Positions 1 through 12,301 of a stretch of DNA of 64,000 bases are shown here, piece after piece. Position numbers and translations under genes: made by a program. The notes under the pieces are model-generated. The model was given only the letters and a program-made list of their open reading frames with translations, had not been told where the DNA came from and did no database searches. Numbering within the stretch: position 1 is the first letter of the stretch; each line of letters starts with the position of its first letter. Origin of the DNA: Harriotta raleighana (lineage: Eukaryota); NCBI GenBank assembly GCA_050575255.1, contig JBNZDD010013623.1, forward strand, positions 1,777,817 to 1,841,816. Direction: 5' to 3'.

Positions 1-497
1 TGAGGGGTGAGGCAGTGTCGTAGCCTGGCGATGTTCCGCAGGTGGTGGAAGGCAGTGCCAGTTGTGGCGCGGATGTGGGGGAGAAAGGACAGCTCAGGGT
101 CAAATAGAACACCGAGGTTCCTGACTGGCTTTGCGAGGTGGAGAGTGCAGCCTTGGATGCTGATGCTGTCAGCACCCGAGTTGCGGAGGCGCTGACGCGA
201 GCCAATCAGGAGGGCCTCGGTTTTCCGGACATTGAGCTGAAGAAAGTTGTCTCTCGTCCAGGACTCAATGTCAGACAGGCAGGCTGTCAGGACATCAGTA
301 GTCGTGGAGTTGAGGGTAGAGGAGGAAAGGTAGAGTTGGGTGTCATCCGCATACATGTGGAAGTTAACCCCATGTCTGCGGATGATGTCACCAAGGGGGA
401 GCATATAGAGGGTGAAGAGGAGAGGACCAACGACAGAGCCCTGAGGGACGCCGCACGAGACAGTGCGGGGGCTGGAGGAAAAGCCATTTGTGTGAAC
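1..497 (-). mobile_element. L2/CR1-clade LINE reverse-transcriptase fragment (in SDHAF2 intron)
   Basis: Minus strand reads [13 protein letters not shown]...CLSDIESW...NFLQLNV.KTE...[17 protein letters not shown]...[12 protein letters not shown], the YADD region of an L2-type RT. Truncated at the window edge. Confidence 0.9.
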
Positions 498-671
498 AAA
501 ATGAAAACGGTGGTACTAGTAATTGACACTAGTAATACGCAATTTACCAACATGATAAATGACTATTTTGTATTGCTTTTAACCTTGAACACCAAGTAAA
601 ATTGAGCTCCTTCCCTTTTTAACCCTTTTAAAGAAGAGGTGATTACATTAATTGTGATGATGATATTTCAG

Positions 672-1879
672 CCTTTTTGCCAAGGAGTATCTGAATAACA
701 TGAGTGAGAAGCAGCTGAGTCTGTATGATAAGCTGATCAACCAACCCAGCAATGACTGGGACATCTACTATTGGGCAACAGGTAGGTACAATTCCAGCTA
801 TCAGCTCCTAAACTGAGTAGGATTTATTTTGCCTCAACATATCACCTGGAACTCTTATCTCCGAGTCCCTCCACCTCAGTGCCCCTCCTTCTCACCCCAC
901 TCCGCCCCACTTTCAAAGCCTGTCTCAAGACTTGCCTCTTTGGCTGCACTTTTGATCTTCTTCCCCACCCCCCACCCCCAAAACCACCACCCTCTTCAAC
1001 TCCCCTCATAACCAGTCTGGCTCTTGCTTCTGATAGCACTCTCACCTCTGAGTCTGATGATTATGGTTTCAAGCCACATGTCAGGTCTTGGAACCCATAT
1101 ACTCCAATGTATGGTTGGAGGTGTGTATTGTTAGAAGTCCTTTGCTTGAGACATTAAACTAAAGTTGTCTGCCTGTACATGTGGATGTAAAAAATCTCTT
1201 CTGGTCAACAATACCCCAAATTTTAAAAGCATGACTCAACTTACTCATTCAATGATTGTTTGTGGGATGTTGCTGTGTCCAAATTGGCTGCTGCGTTTGC
1301 CCGTGAAACACAGGCACTGCCCTTTACAGTAAATCCTATGAAGCACTTTGGACATCCTCCTTACATGAAAGGCTCTATACTGAATGTAAAGATTGTTCTT
1401 ACTATGTTGGCTCAGTCAGCTGCTAAAGCACATGAGACATCCTCCCGATGTAAAAGACACTACATAAATGTAAATTGCAGTTATCCTCTGGTCTGGCCCC
1501 TTCCTTGAGCCAATGAAGTACTGCACAAGGTGGAATTAGGCTTGATTAGTTCTCCTATGACCACCTTTGTATCTTTGAGGTTGAAAATGTTTAATTCCTC
1601 TGCCGTGAGCAGGCTGGTTTTCAATGCACCCAGTAATGTTTCATGACATTTCTCTCCACAACTTAGTTGTTCTGCTTTATATGGTTTTATGATCTTTGAT
1701 TTTTCTCCATTTGTTCCTCACTCCTCCCACCACCCCCTCCCCAACTAGAAATCAAACCAACTCCTCCCGAGTTTGACAGCGAAGTCATGGTCCTGCTTAA
1801 GGATTTCACCAAAAACCACAACATGGAGCAGAGAATAAGTCAGCCTGATCTGGAGTATCTCTTCGAGAACAAGCACTGA
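672..1879 (+). CDS. SDHAF2: Succinate dehydrogenase assembly factor 2, last two coding exons (5' part outside window)
   Basis: Exons 672-781 ([36 protein letters not shown]) and 1749-1879 ([43 protein letters not shown]). AG/GT boundaries keep frame. Matches the Sdh5/SDHAF2 C-terminus. Confidence 0.95.
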
Positions 1880-2064
1880 GCAGGCTCAGTTAGACAGCCC
1901 AGGATCTAGGGATACAAACTACTTTATTTAAATGATGGTTAAGAGTGTCTCAACTGTGTGTCTTCCTACCCTATCTTTGAGTACATTGATTGGCACAAGC
2001 ATCGAGGTGAGAACACGAAAGCATGGAAGTCACAAGGAGTTGGATGTGTTAATTGTTAAGATTT

Positions 2065-2450
2065 AATCGTGCTTTTTCCCTTGTTGAATTCAAGATCCTC
2101 CACAGCTTTGCCCCCTGCTATCTCTGATTTCTGAACCCCCTCCTGTCCGTTCCCGTGGAACACCAGGCTCCGGCCCGCTCCATGTCTCTCGCCTGACCTG
2201 CCTGACCATCGGTGGCCAGGCTCTCTGCCCCCATGCTCAGGAACTCCATCCCACAATCCTTTCTCTTTACTCCCTCCCTTAAAGGCCAGTCTCAAGATCC
2301 TCTTTTTCGACCGTGCCTTCAGCCACTATCCTAGCTCTCTGCCCTCCCCCCACCACCCCCATGCTCGGGTCCTGAACCCTGACTGTTCAGCACCTTGGGA
2401 CATCGCCCTAATATGAAAGGCACTCTTACAAATGTAATTTTGTTGTTGTT
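2065..2450 (+). mobile_element. Decayed L2 LINE 3' end
   Basis: Ends in ...cagcaccttgggacatcgccctaatatgaaaggcactcttacaaatgtaattttgttgttgtt, the tail shared by many copies in the window. Confidence 0.75.
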
Positions 2451-4160
2451 AACTTTGACATGCTTCACATTTGAATACTTGTTGTCCAGTCTCACTCATT
2501 AAGAATAGGGACTTGGCTACATTAACAGAGGGTGGCTTCCATTCATTGGAACCTTTGGCTACAAAATGTCACCGGGTGAGGAGAGAGAAAATCATTCACA
2601 AGGGTTCTGGATCAGCAGCTGAGAAGTGAAAACCTCTTGGGATCTGCAAAAAGAGCTGGAAAATGTGTTTAACTATCCTTCTGCCGGTTCAGGTGGATGT
2701 TAAAGATCCGAATGCACTACTTGAAAAGAGGAGTGGCCAACAATCTCCCAAATAAAATTGGTCACTCAATTCATGATTGCTTGTGGGATGTGTTGTGCCC
2801 AAATTGGCTGCCAAATTCACTTACAAGCACAGGGATTAATTTATACTGCAATACATTGCAACATTTTTAAGCAGGCACTATCTTCTTAAATGAATAATGA
2901 AGTAATAAAATTATTGGTTTCTATAATGGAGAGAAAGAGGCAGAGAGTCAAAAAGTGAACCCAATATAAACCCAAACAATTAAAGATCACTCAGTCACCT
3001 GTAAAAAGTCCACCCTGATACCTTGGTGTTTCATCTACCAAATACACAGTCACTGAACTTTGTGAAGCTTTAAAACTTTCTACAGATGTGAAATACACTA
3101 TCAAATGAAATAATTACTTTTATAAACTGTATTACAGTAATATCAAAACAGTTTCAAAGCCACTGGAAGTCTGCTAGGCTCATATGTATGAAGTGCTCAG
3201 TAATGATCAGTGTAATACTTCTTAAGAAAGCTATGCTGCAGCAATGACACAAGGAATAAAATAAATATATATTTTATTGTGACATTAAAAACCTTGAATA
3301 GAAAAAATAGATTGATTTATTTTATACAAAATAGATGTATAAACCAATCAAATCAATCAAAAATCACATTTATATAGCATCTTTCATGTCGGGAGAATGT
3401 CCCAAGGCTAGACTGGTGTAAAAACAGTGCTCCTCCCTGATAGGTTATAAATTCTGAGAATTTATACAGATAAAAGAACACACAAGTCCGTGAAAGAGTT
3501 CCACATATGAATATCACATACACATGGACATTTGTTTGATTCCAGAAATACATAATCTCTCCCTGTAGGAACATACTGTACCATGCTTATCTAAAAAGAG
3601 GTATAAAAGAGTAATACGTGAAGGACTGTAAGAGTCAATGGTTGATGTGTGGTTGGGTAATTGTTGGGAGTCTTAATCATAGCTTGCTACTGAGAGCACT
3701 TTCTGGCAAGGAATACCCATTAGGGCTTTGGTATGCTATGAAGGGAAAGAATCTATGAGCTAAACTAGATGGTTTATCAGCAGCTGTGCAATGGAATGCT
3801 GCAGACCCAGCCTTGAGGAATAGCAGAGCTGTGTAACAGCCAAAGCTGAACCAGCAGACAGCACCAGAGCTGGGATATGGAGGGGGCTGAGAAGCCAAAG
3901 AGGTTCAAAATAAATACATGGCAAAGCAGTGTTTCTGAAAGAATGTGCATGATCCTTGTAATATAATAAGCAGATGCTTTACATAACTTATTTTCTCTCT
4001 TATTCCCCCAACACATCTTTCAGGAAATGTATAAAATTTGTGTGCATAATGTTCTCAGCAACTGACAGTGGAATTTTGTTTCCGATTCCTAAAGCACAGA
4101 ACTCCAAATAATCCTCCTGGAATGTTGCTTGTTGAGCAGGTGAACGGTCCCTTTTTGCAA

Positions 4161-7100
4161 TCATCTGTACAAAATACAAGGTGATAAACACTTTTCATAA
4201 GACACAGGCCACAACCGGCAGAGAGAGAGCAACAACCTCAGGCAGGGATAGACCAGTGCTCATTCCTTCCAGCTCCCAGACCCACAGCTTTCTGGGACAC
4301 AACATTACACATCTTCACAGTAACAAGCACACCATCCCCACATTCAGATGGTCTGTAGTCTGAATTTAAAGCCAGCCCCTCCCCCGACTTGATTACTATC
4401 TCTGCCAGCAAAGAGGGTCCCAGGTCCATTCTCTCAGATGGCTGTATAGGACGTCTCATCGCTCATTGAGAGGGGAAAAATAGCTGAGTTTCTATTCCTG
4501 ACCACTGGTGAATTAGATAAGGGCAGGATTGTACAGGTATTGTAAAAGTAAACCATCAGCTGTGACCCCTCCCCACCAGGCCGAGTCTTGTTTGCCGACA
4601 CTCACCATCCCACTCACATGTGAAGTACGTCTACTTGGGCACCAGGCAACTGAGAGTCAACGTCTTCGGGAGGAAGGGAGAAAATGGGACAATGTGAAAC
4701 AGATTTATAAAGTGTCTATGTTCTACATATTCCCATCAGAATCCTGTTTACTTCAGTTCGAAAATCCCAACTCAAGAGCCTCTCCTGGTAACCTGCCGGA
4801 TTCAACTACTAATCTGGTTGTTCCACACTGTATTCCTGTTAATGTCAAAATGTCAGCATGGGCGTCAAGTTCAGTACCAGCAAAGTAATAAACTTAATTT
4901 CTGCGCTAGATACACACGAGAGTAAAGCTCCACACTGTCCATACTCTCGGGTAAAACTCCTGATGTGTCATTGTTCTGACCAGAACAATGTTACTCTTAC
5001 CCAGGCCAACACTGAGTGCCCAGCCAGTCTATATTTTGGCACAACAAGCTGAATGCCATTCAAACATCCAAGGTAGTAAACTAACTAAACTTCCAACTAA
5101 CATAAACCAGGACAAAAACCCATATATGATCAGTTACCAGCTGCTGCCAATGTCTTTACATGTAACATGGAGCCTGTGTACACAAACCACTGACCTGACA
5201 AAATCTGCTATCACAACAATGTCCAAAAGACCCTCGACTGCATAGAGCAGCAGGAGGATAGCTCCAATGATGTTGTCTGCCTTCAGCACATAGGTCTGCC
5301 ACAAGAGAAAGTACAGACACAGCAGTATACTGCCCACCGTCAGTCCCAGGCTCGTGCCCATTGAAATCTCATTTTCCATCAGATTACCTTTAACACCTGC
5401 AAAAAGTGTGCAATCAATCCAAAGAGAACAGCAGTGTTTGAGATCTGACACTTGCACACACCCGCATAACATTAGATCGTCATCTTAGATTATATGATTC
5501 CAATTCTGATGTGGGGCTTGAACACATAACCTTTTTACTCAGAGGTGAGAGGACTACCAACTAGTCCGCTGTTGTTGATTACAGCAAAATGCAGCAAACA
5601 AAAGCGTTCAGACTTTGTTCTGAAAGAAACTCTCAGAGAGCAACTGAAATGATGGTCTTTTGAGGGTCAGCAGTTGGTTTTCATCCAGTTTAAATTTTTT
5701 AGCAGAGAAGATTATAATTGTCACACCCAGTTTAACAAGAATAACAAAATTACATCTACAGCGCCTTTCACATCAGGAGGACATCCTAAGGGGATAGTTT
5801 AAATTTCAACCACAAAATATACAGTCAATTCTGTGAGATGTCTCAAAGACATGATAAGATGTTATATCAAATGAAAGAATGATTATTAGAATATTATAAT
5901 CCTTGCATTTTATGATGCAGCACCTTATCATGTTGTTCAGACATCTCAAATCACTTCATAAAATATACTGTAAAACGGATTGACTATATTTTGTGGGAGG
6001 AACATGGTAGCCAATTTTGCACAGCAGCCTCCTGCAGACATTTGTGGATTCAGTGACCAAATTCTTCTTATTTTATTACTGTATTATTGAATGCACCACC
6101 CAGCAATCTCTTATCTCAGATCCATCAACCGCGTAACTTTCCTCATGTGTTCCTTCTGCCCAGAGGACAATTTTAATTCACATTGCAGCTTACCCAAGTA
6201 AAGCCTCAACATCTCCACAACCGCCATAAGCACCAGCAGAGCCAGATCGAGGACCAAGTTACCATCAGGAAAACTGTAAACCTGACCTGAAACATCAGAG
6301 TGGGTTACTGACCATCTACAGTGCGGCACCTTGTAATATCACAGGAATAATGCTCACCCCTGGATACTTACTTTTGTAGATGATCATAAGAAATGTGGCA
6401 AGGAAGTAGAAAATATAATAAAATGCATTGAAAGAAAAAAGTATCTGTAATGGAACTGAGGAAAGCTGCAGGGAGGCTGGTTAAGGAGAATGGCTGGGAG
6501 GTAAATCCTGCAATGTTAACCTCAGAAGCCAGTCAGACCTGCACTGGTGTTGCTGTCCTCCAGTGGAACATCCTTCTTATTGGTTTTAGTCAGGATCTGA
6601 AACCTATCACCATACTTTAGTGGCCAAACCAAACTGGTGAGGGTCCCAGTTTTTGGAGGATTATTACCCCCTGTATAGCGATCCTCCAACTGACTAACAA
6701 CTGGGTTCCAACTTACTGCAAGATTAACAGGCTTTTATTTTATTTTTATTTTACTCAAACAGCTTGGAATGAGGACTCAAGTGGTGGGATGCGAGTTTAT
6801 AAGTGATAATGAGGTTTTCGCATTGAAGTCAGTATATTTTCCATTAGCTACATTCAGATAATTGTACAGATGAGGATCGGTGTTGGCAAGCAGTGTCTCG
6901 CATAGCGTATGGACTCTCTCTTCATAAAGATAGTTTAGGTGTGTATTGGCAAAAGACAAGGCTCACAGTGAGTATTGGGTACTACTAGAGTTAAACCACA
7001 GAAAATTGTGCAGCTGCCACTGTGATCACTGGTAAGCATCCAACTAAGACCATTAACCCATTAGGGCTTTGGCTTGCAGTTAACAGGATCAGCCTAGTAG

Positions 7101-8766
7101 AAATCACTACTCCCAGTGACTGGTCTGCTCTCAAAAGGCCTGCTGATAAGTCAGGTTAGCTGATCTGTCATCAGAGGTAACCCAGAGTACACCTAAGGAA
7201 GCAAACTACCAAGACCCCCACAGTGGGCCGAATTATTTCTCTAAATAAGCCATCCAGTCTATTCCCTCCCCCAGCTCACTCCCCTTAAAGCCTTCAAGAC
7301 TTTATCAATTATTTATGGGTTTAAAGCATAACCCTGTATTGGCTGTAAACTCCAGAAAATGTATGCAATGGGAGCTGGTATATAAAAGGATACGACAGCA
7401 GCAGATTTCAACGTCACTGTGAAAACAAGCAAAGACTATTAGTTATTATACCTGCCACGATTACTGATATCTCACATGCAGTGACTGATTAGTAATAACC
7501 TGTGAGATGACTGATATCTCATACAGTGACTGAATATTGATACCTGATATGGTGACTAAATTCTGATATCTTATAAAGTGACTAATTACTGATAATAATC
7601 CTTACATTTGGTATAGAGCCTTATCATATTGTTGAGTAGTCTCAAAGCACTGCATAGAACATACTGTAAAGTTAAATGATCGTGGGCAAAACACACACAT
7701 ATATATTTCATAGTCACTGATTATTGATATACAGTCACTGGTTATTCATAAAGTGAAACAACTGTGTATATATATGAGAAAAACGCATATAATATACTGT
7801 ATATGTATCTCATATAGTCACTGATTGTTGATATCTCATACAGAGACTAATTACTGACCATAGAGTAAATGATAAATGATCTCTTTGCCAAACATTGGAG
7901 CAGACAAATTTTTGTCACTTCGTATCTGGTTCTGGTGCGACAAAGCTGTTCAGGAACTATATGATCTTACAAGAACATACCAGAGTTCATTTATTCTCTC
8001 AATCCTCACCAAACCCGCTCCCCTCTTTGATGTTAAAGGCTCCATATTAAAACAGTATGGTGGAGAAATATCTTGATCAGAATTCACTCCAAGCTGCAAT
8101 TTGCTGAATTCAGTCTCAACTTTGAAGCTGTTCGTTTCTGTATTATTTCTTAAAAGGAAATTTGTCTAAAATGCTACATAATTTTAGTGCAGGTTGAGAG
8201 TCTCCTAAAACAGAGCTAGTCTTCGCCAGCTCAGTGATGCGTCCTGCTCAGCGCCAGTTAACCTTGCAACCCAAAGCCCTAAAGGGTCGGGTGGTCCTAG
8301 CTGGACAAGCAGCCAGAAAGCTTGCTGGACAGCGGAATCAATGACAAGCTTTGCAGTTTTAGCTGTACCACAACAGTTACCCTGAGCTCCCCATGTGTTG
8401 GATCTTGCCAACGTGCACCCAATGCTTTTCCAGAATTAGATATCCTGGGTGTGTCCCTCCAGGCAGAGAGAGAGAGAGAGAGAGAGAGCACATTCCATTC
8501 CAACAACCTGTCTCTGAGATTTCCATCTTTAAGTGCATGGAATTCTCCCCCCAGGTTGGATGCTCTTAAGCACGGGATGGGTTTTCCAAAGTGTGGGACA
8601 CCTGACGTGAAAGGTTCTAACCCCCCTATTGTGATCCCGGAGTAACCTTTCCCTGGGGGTGTGGATCCCAAGCCGAGAAAACCAGCCATTCCTGTTGAAA
8701 TGGCCGGAGGTACGCGAGAAGCGGGAACCATAGCAACGCGTCCTCCTCACCTCGCCTCACCGCCAT
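4161..8766 (-). CDS. TMEM80: Transmembrane protein 80 (TMEM17/TMEM216 family), predicted 143 aa
   Basis: Coding exons 8751-8766 (MAVRR), microexon 7394-7416 (VTLKSAAV), 6372-6465 (LSSVPLQILFSFNAFYYIFYFLATFLMIIYK), 6194-6286 (SQVYSFPDGNLVLDLALLVLMAVVEMLRLYL), 5195-5396 (GVKGNLMENEISMG...LLWQTYVLKAD...IADFV) and probable last exon 4161-4164 (R*). All phases are consistent; the last exon is least certain. Confidence 0.88.
6466..7393 (-). other. U12-type (minor spliceosome) GT-AG intron, TMEM80 intron 2
   Basis: Minus-strand 5' splice site GTATCCTTTT at 7393; branch site TTCTCCTTAAC at 6490-6480, close to the terminal CAG at 6468-6466. Confidence 0.9.
7445..7860. repeat. Degenerate tandem repeat (about 25-30 bp unit) interrupted by a SINE tail
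   Basis: Recurrent units like ttactgatatctcatacagtgactga; SINE tail at about 7593-7690. Confidence 0.55.
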
Positions 8767-8830
8767 CTTGTCTTGTAGCAACTCCACACAACCTGCCAAC
8801 GAGGTCACACAGTGAGACAAGAGGAGCCCC
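8700..8830 (-). promoter_or_regulatory. TMEM80 CpG-rich 5' end with X-box-like and YY1 motifs
   Basis: GTCTTGTAGCAAC at 8770-8782, CCATAGCAAC half-site at 8728-8737, and CAAGATGGCG (YY1 core) overlapping the ATG. Confidence 0.6.
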
Positions 8831-9722
8831 CCTCACCACCAGACTTTGTAGAGCTGGAAAAATGCCGGTCCTCCAGTGAGAGGTGCCCTCTATCGCATCT
8901 GATGAGTACAAGCAGTAAGGACCTGGCCTCACTGATGTGATGTGTCCCAGGGTATTTATTAAACATCGCTTTCAGCTTCACTGAAATGAAAACTTTGCAC
9001 TCATTTTATTTTTCAAAGTGAGTTTAATTCTGCTGGGCAAAAATGCCCGGAGCTGAAAAAGGACAAAAGTACAAAAAGGGAATGGATATAAACATGATAA
9101 ATATTCTTACAAAATATTGAATTTTCCATTATTGCGAATAGTTTATAAAGTGACGAAACTTTCAGCATCTTCTGTGATCGATATCTCGATCATTCAGCAA
9201 CGATGTCCTTTAGGGTTGAGATGTTAAACTGAGGTGCTGTCTGCCAGTTCTGGAGGATGTTAAAACATCCTATGGCACGGGCTGGAAGTGTTTCACCCAG
9301 TGACTTTCCCAATATTCCATCCTTATCCAACCGTGCCCCCGCCAACCAAAAAAAAGCTTCATCACATTGCTGGCCCAGGGTAGCAGCAGGGATTTTCTAA
9401 GATAAGAATACCTCACAGTGTGTTGCCAGTTTGAGAGATTTCGGGGTGATAAGGCGCTTCATCAAACACAGGTATTGTTGCTGTGATGAGGAATTCACAG
9501 ATTATCTGGCTGCCAGCAGGTTGGCTGCCTCCTGAAATTCCAGACCATCAGTCATAGACTATGACACTGAGGAAACAAGAATAAAATTAAATGAGATGTG
9601 AATCGGATCAAAATCAAATCTCATCCTCAGACATCTTGTGACTTACTTTGCTCTATGACTTGCGAAAGCTGAGCACTTGGCCACTTTGAAGCTCTCCAGG
9701 ACACTAACCTGTATGAAGGGTG

Positions 9723-12301
9723 CTATATAATAGTAATCCTTGCATTTGATAATGTGCTTTTCATGTCTACTCGATGTCTCAAAAGTTCTTCACAGAATAT
9801 ACTGTAAAGTGAATTGACTGTATATATGTGGGTGAACTCGGCAGCCAATTGCGCCCCCCACAAACAGTCATAATGGGTGCTTTAGTGCTTCTTAGTTTAT
9901 TTACTGTAGTTCTGGCCAGGATTACACACCAGTTTCATTATTATTTTCTGACAACTAATAGTACCACCTCCTGATTGTGTTAATAACACAGAAATGTGGA
10001 ATCTTGTAGCTCAGTTGTTAGAGCACTCGACTTAGAAGCGAGACCTGGGTTCAATTCCATGCAGGATGAAACTTTGGGCAAGTTTCTTTACTCCACACAC
10101 CTAATAATAATCACTCAAAAAATAATAATTTGGTCATTTCAATTCACGACTGTTTGTGGGACACTGCTGTGTGCAAATGGCTGCTGTGTTTTGCCCACAA
10201 ATATACATTAAATTCACTTTACTGTATATTCTGTGAAGCACTTTGAGACGTCGAGAAGATGTGGAAAGCTCTATATTAAATGCAAGGATTATTATTATTG
10301 ACTGAAATAACCAATTTATTATTGTTTTTTTTTCGAAGGATTATTATCAGGTGTGTGGAATAAGGAAAGTTGCCCACGGTTTTGCCCTGCCTGGCATCAA
10401 ACCCAGGTAAATGCAAGTTGTTGTTGTTGCTGCTGCTCAGTTTTGGCTGAGTTTGAAAATTTGGGAGGTATATAATTAACCTCAACATGCCTAACATAGG
10501 ATAGAGCCAACTATCCCAGGTCACAGGATTCTACATGGGCAAGGGCGCCTGACAGGAGTGTACCGTGTGTGTAATGGGACTCCCAAACCCTCAACACTGA
10601 CAAACGGAGTGACCAAACTAAACCAACAAGAGATGCTAACAATAAGAACCGGTTCCCATCCTGCACAGAAGCACAGTCAGGCCTGTTGTCGCAGTCAGAT
10701 TACTCGGATTTACACTCGGGAGATTTCTTACACTGGTACAGGTAAAACAGGCGTGAGCGTCACTACTAAGCGTACTGTTCTCACCTCGAGAAGCTTATCA
10801 AAGCCACCAGCACCAGAATCAGTTCTAAGACATAAAAGACCAGCAGTATAGTGTTAATGATCAGCTCCAGCCTTAGAACGTAGGTCTGCAGGAGCATGTA
10901 ATACACGGCCATCAATGCAGATGGAACAAGCAGCCCCAGGCTGATAGACAAAGGCAACTTCCGCTGGCACAGATTCCCCTTGGACCCTGTGGCAGAGGAA
11001 ACAGTCATTAGNCTATATAATAGTAATCCTTGCATTTGATAATGTGCTTTTCATGTCTACTCGATGTCTCAAAAGTTCTTCACAGAATATACTGTAAAGT
11101 GAATTGACTGTATATATGTGGGTGAACTCGGCAGCCAATTGCGCCCCCCACAAACAGTCATAATGGGTGCTTTAGTGCTTCTTAGTTTATTTACTGTAGT
11201 TCTGGCCAGGATTACACACCAGTTTCATTATTATTTTCTGACAACTAATAGTACCACCTCCTGATTGTGTTAATAACACAGAAATGTGGAATCTTGTAGC
11301 TCAGTTGTTAGAGCACTCGACTTAGAAGCGAGACCTGGGTTCAATTCCATGCAGGATGAAACTTTGGGCAAGTTTCTTTACTCCACACACCTAATAATAA
11401 TCACTCAAAAAATAATAATTTGGTCATTTCAATTCACGACTGTTTGTGGGACACTGCTGTGTGCAAATGGCTGCTGTGTTTTGCCCACAAATATACATTA
11501 AATTCACTTTACTGTATATTCTGTGAAGCACTTTGAGACGTCGAGAAGATGTGGAAAGCTCTATATTAAATGCAAGGATTATTATTATTGACTGAAATAA
11601 CCAATTTATTATTGTTTTTTTTTCGAAGGATTATTATCAGGTGTGTGGAATAAGGAAAGTTGCCCACGGTTTTGCCCTGCCTGGCATCAAACCCAGGTAA
11701 ATGCAAGTTGTTGTTGTTGCTGCTGCTCAGTTTTGGCTGAGTTTGAAAATTTGGGAGGTATATAATTAACCTCAACATGCCTAACATAGGATAGAGCCAA
11801 CTATCCCAGGTCACAGGATTCTACATGGGCAAGGGCGCCTGACAGGAGTGTACCGTGTGTGTAATGGGACTCCCAAACCCTCAACACTGACAAACGGAGT
11901 GACCAAACTAAACCAACAAGAGATGCTAACAATAAGAACCGGTTCCCATCCTGCACAGAAGCACAGTCAGGCCTGTTGTCGCAGTCAGATTACTCGGATT
12001 TACACTCGGGAGATTTCTTACACTGGTACAGGTAAAACAGGCGTGAGCGTCACTACTAAGCGTACTGTTCTCACCTCGAGAAGCTTATCAAAGCCACCAG
12101 CACCAGAATCAGTTCTAAGACATAAAAGACCAGCAGTATAGTGTTAATGATCAGCTCCAGCCTTAGAACGTAGGTCTGCAGGAGCATGTAATACACGGCC
12201 ATCAATGCAGATGGAACAAGCAGCCCCAGGCTGATAGACAAAGGCAACTTCCGCTGGCACAGATTCCCCTTGGACCCTGTGGCAGAGGAAACAGTCATTA
12301 G
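9723..12301. repeat. Apparently identical 1289-bp tandem duplication joined by one N (probable assembly artefact)
   Basis: 9723-11011 repeats at 11013-12301 with N at 11012; the ORF track repeats at offset 1290. Duplicates the last two TMEM216 exons (10785-10986 and 10636-10660). Confidence 0.92.
9996..10299 (+). mobile_element. tRNA-derived SINE with Deu-like body and (ATT)n tail
   Basis: A box tagctcagttgttagagc, B box gggttcaattcc, body tttgtgggacactgctgtgtgcaaatggctgc, tail aaatgcaaggattattattatt. Duplicated at 11286-11589. Confidence 0.85.

Noticed and set aside
138-599. 153-aa plus-strand ORF
   Set aside because: Antisense shadow of the L2 RT fragment.
6967-6984. Alternative TMEM80 microexon candidate (TAG...GTGAGC)
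   Set aside because: 15 or 18 nt cannot bridge phase 1 to phase 0; 7394-7416 fits the frame and has U12 signals.
8297-8932. Cluster of overlapping ORFs in TMEM80 intron 1 and promoter
   Set aside because: GC-rich promoter DNA plus an (AG)n microsatellite; no recognisable domain beyond the true MAVRR exon.
10781-11035. Second TMEM216-like ORF suggesting another paralog
   Set aside because: Part of the N-joined exact duplicate, with no upstream exons of its own.
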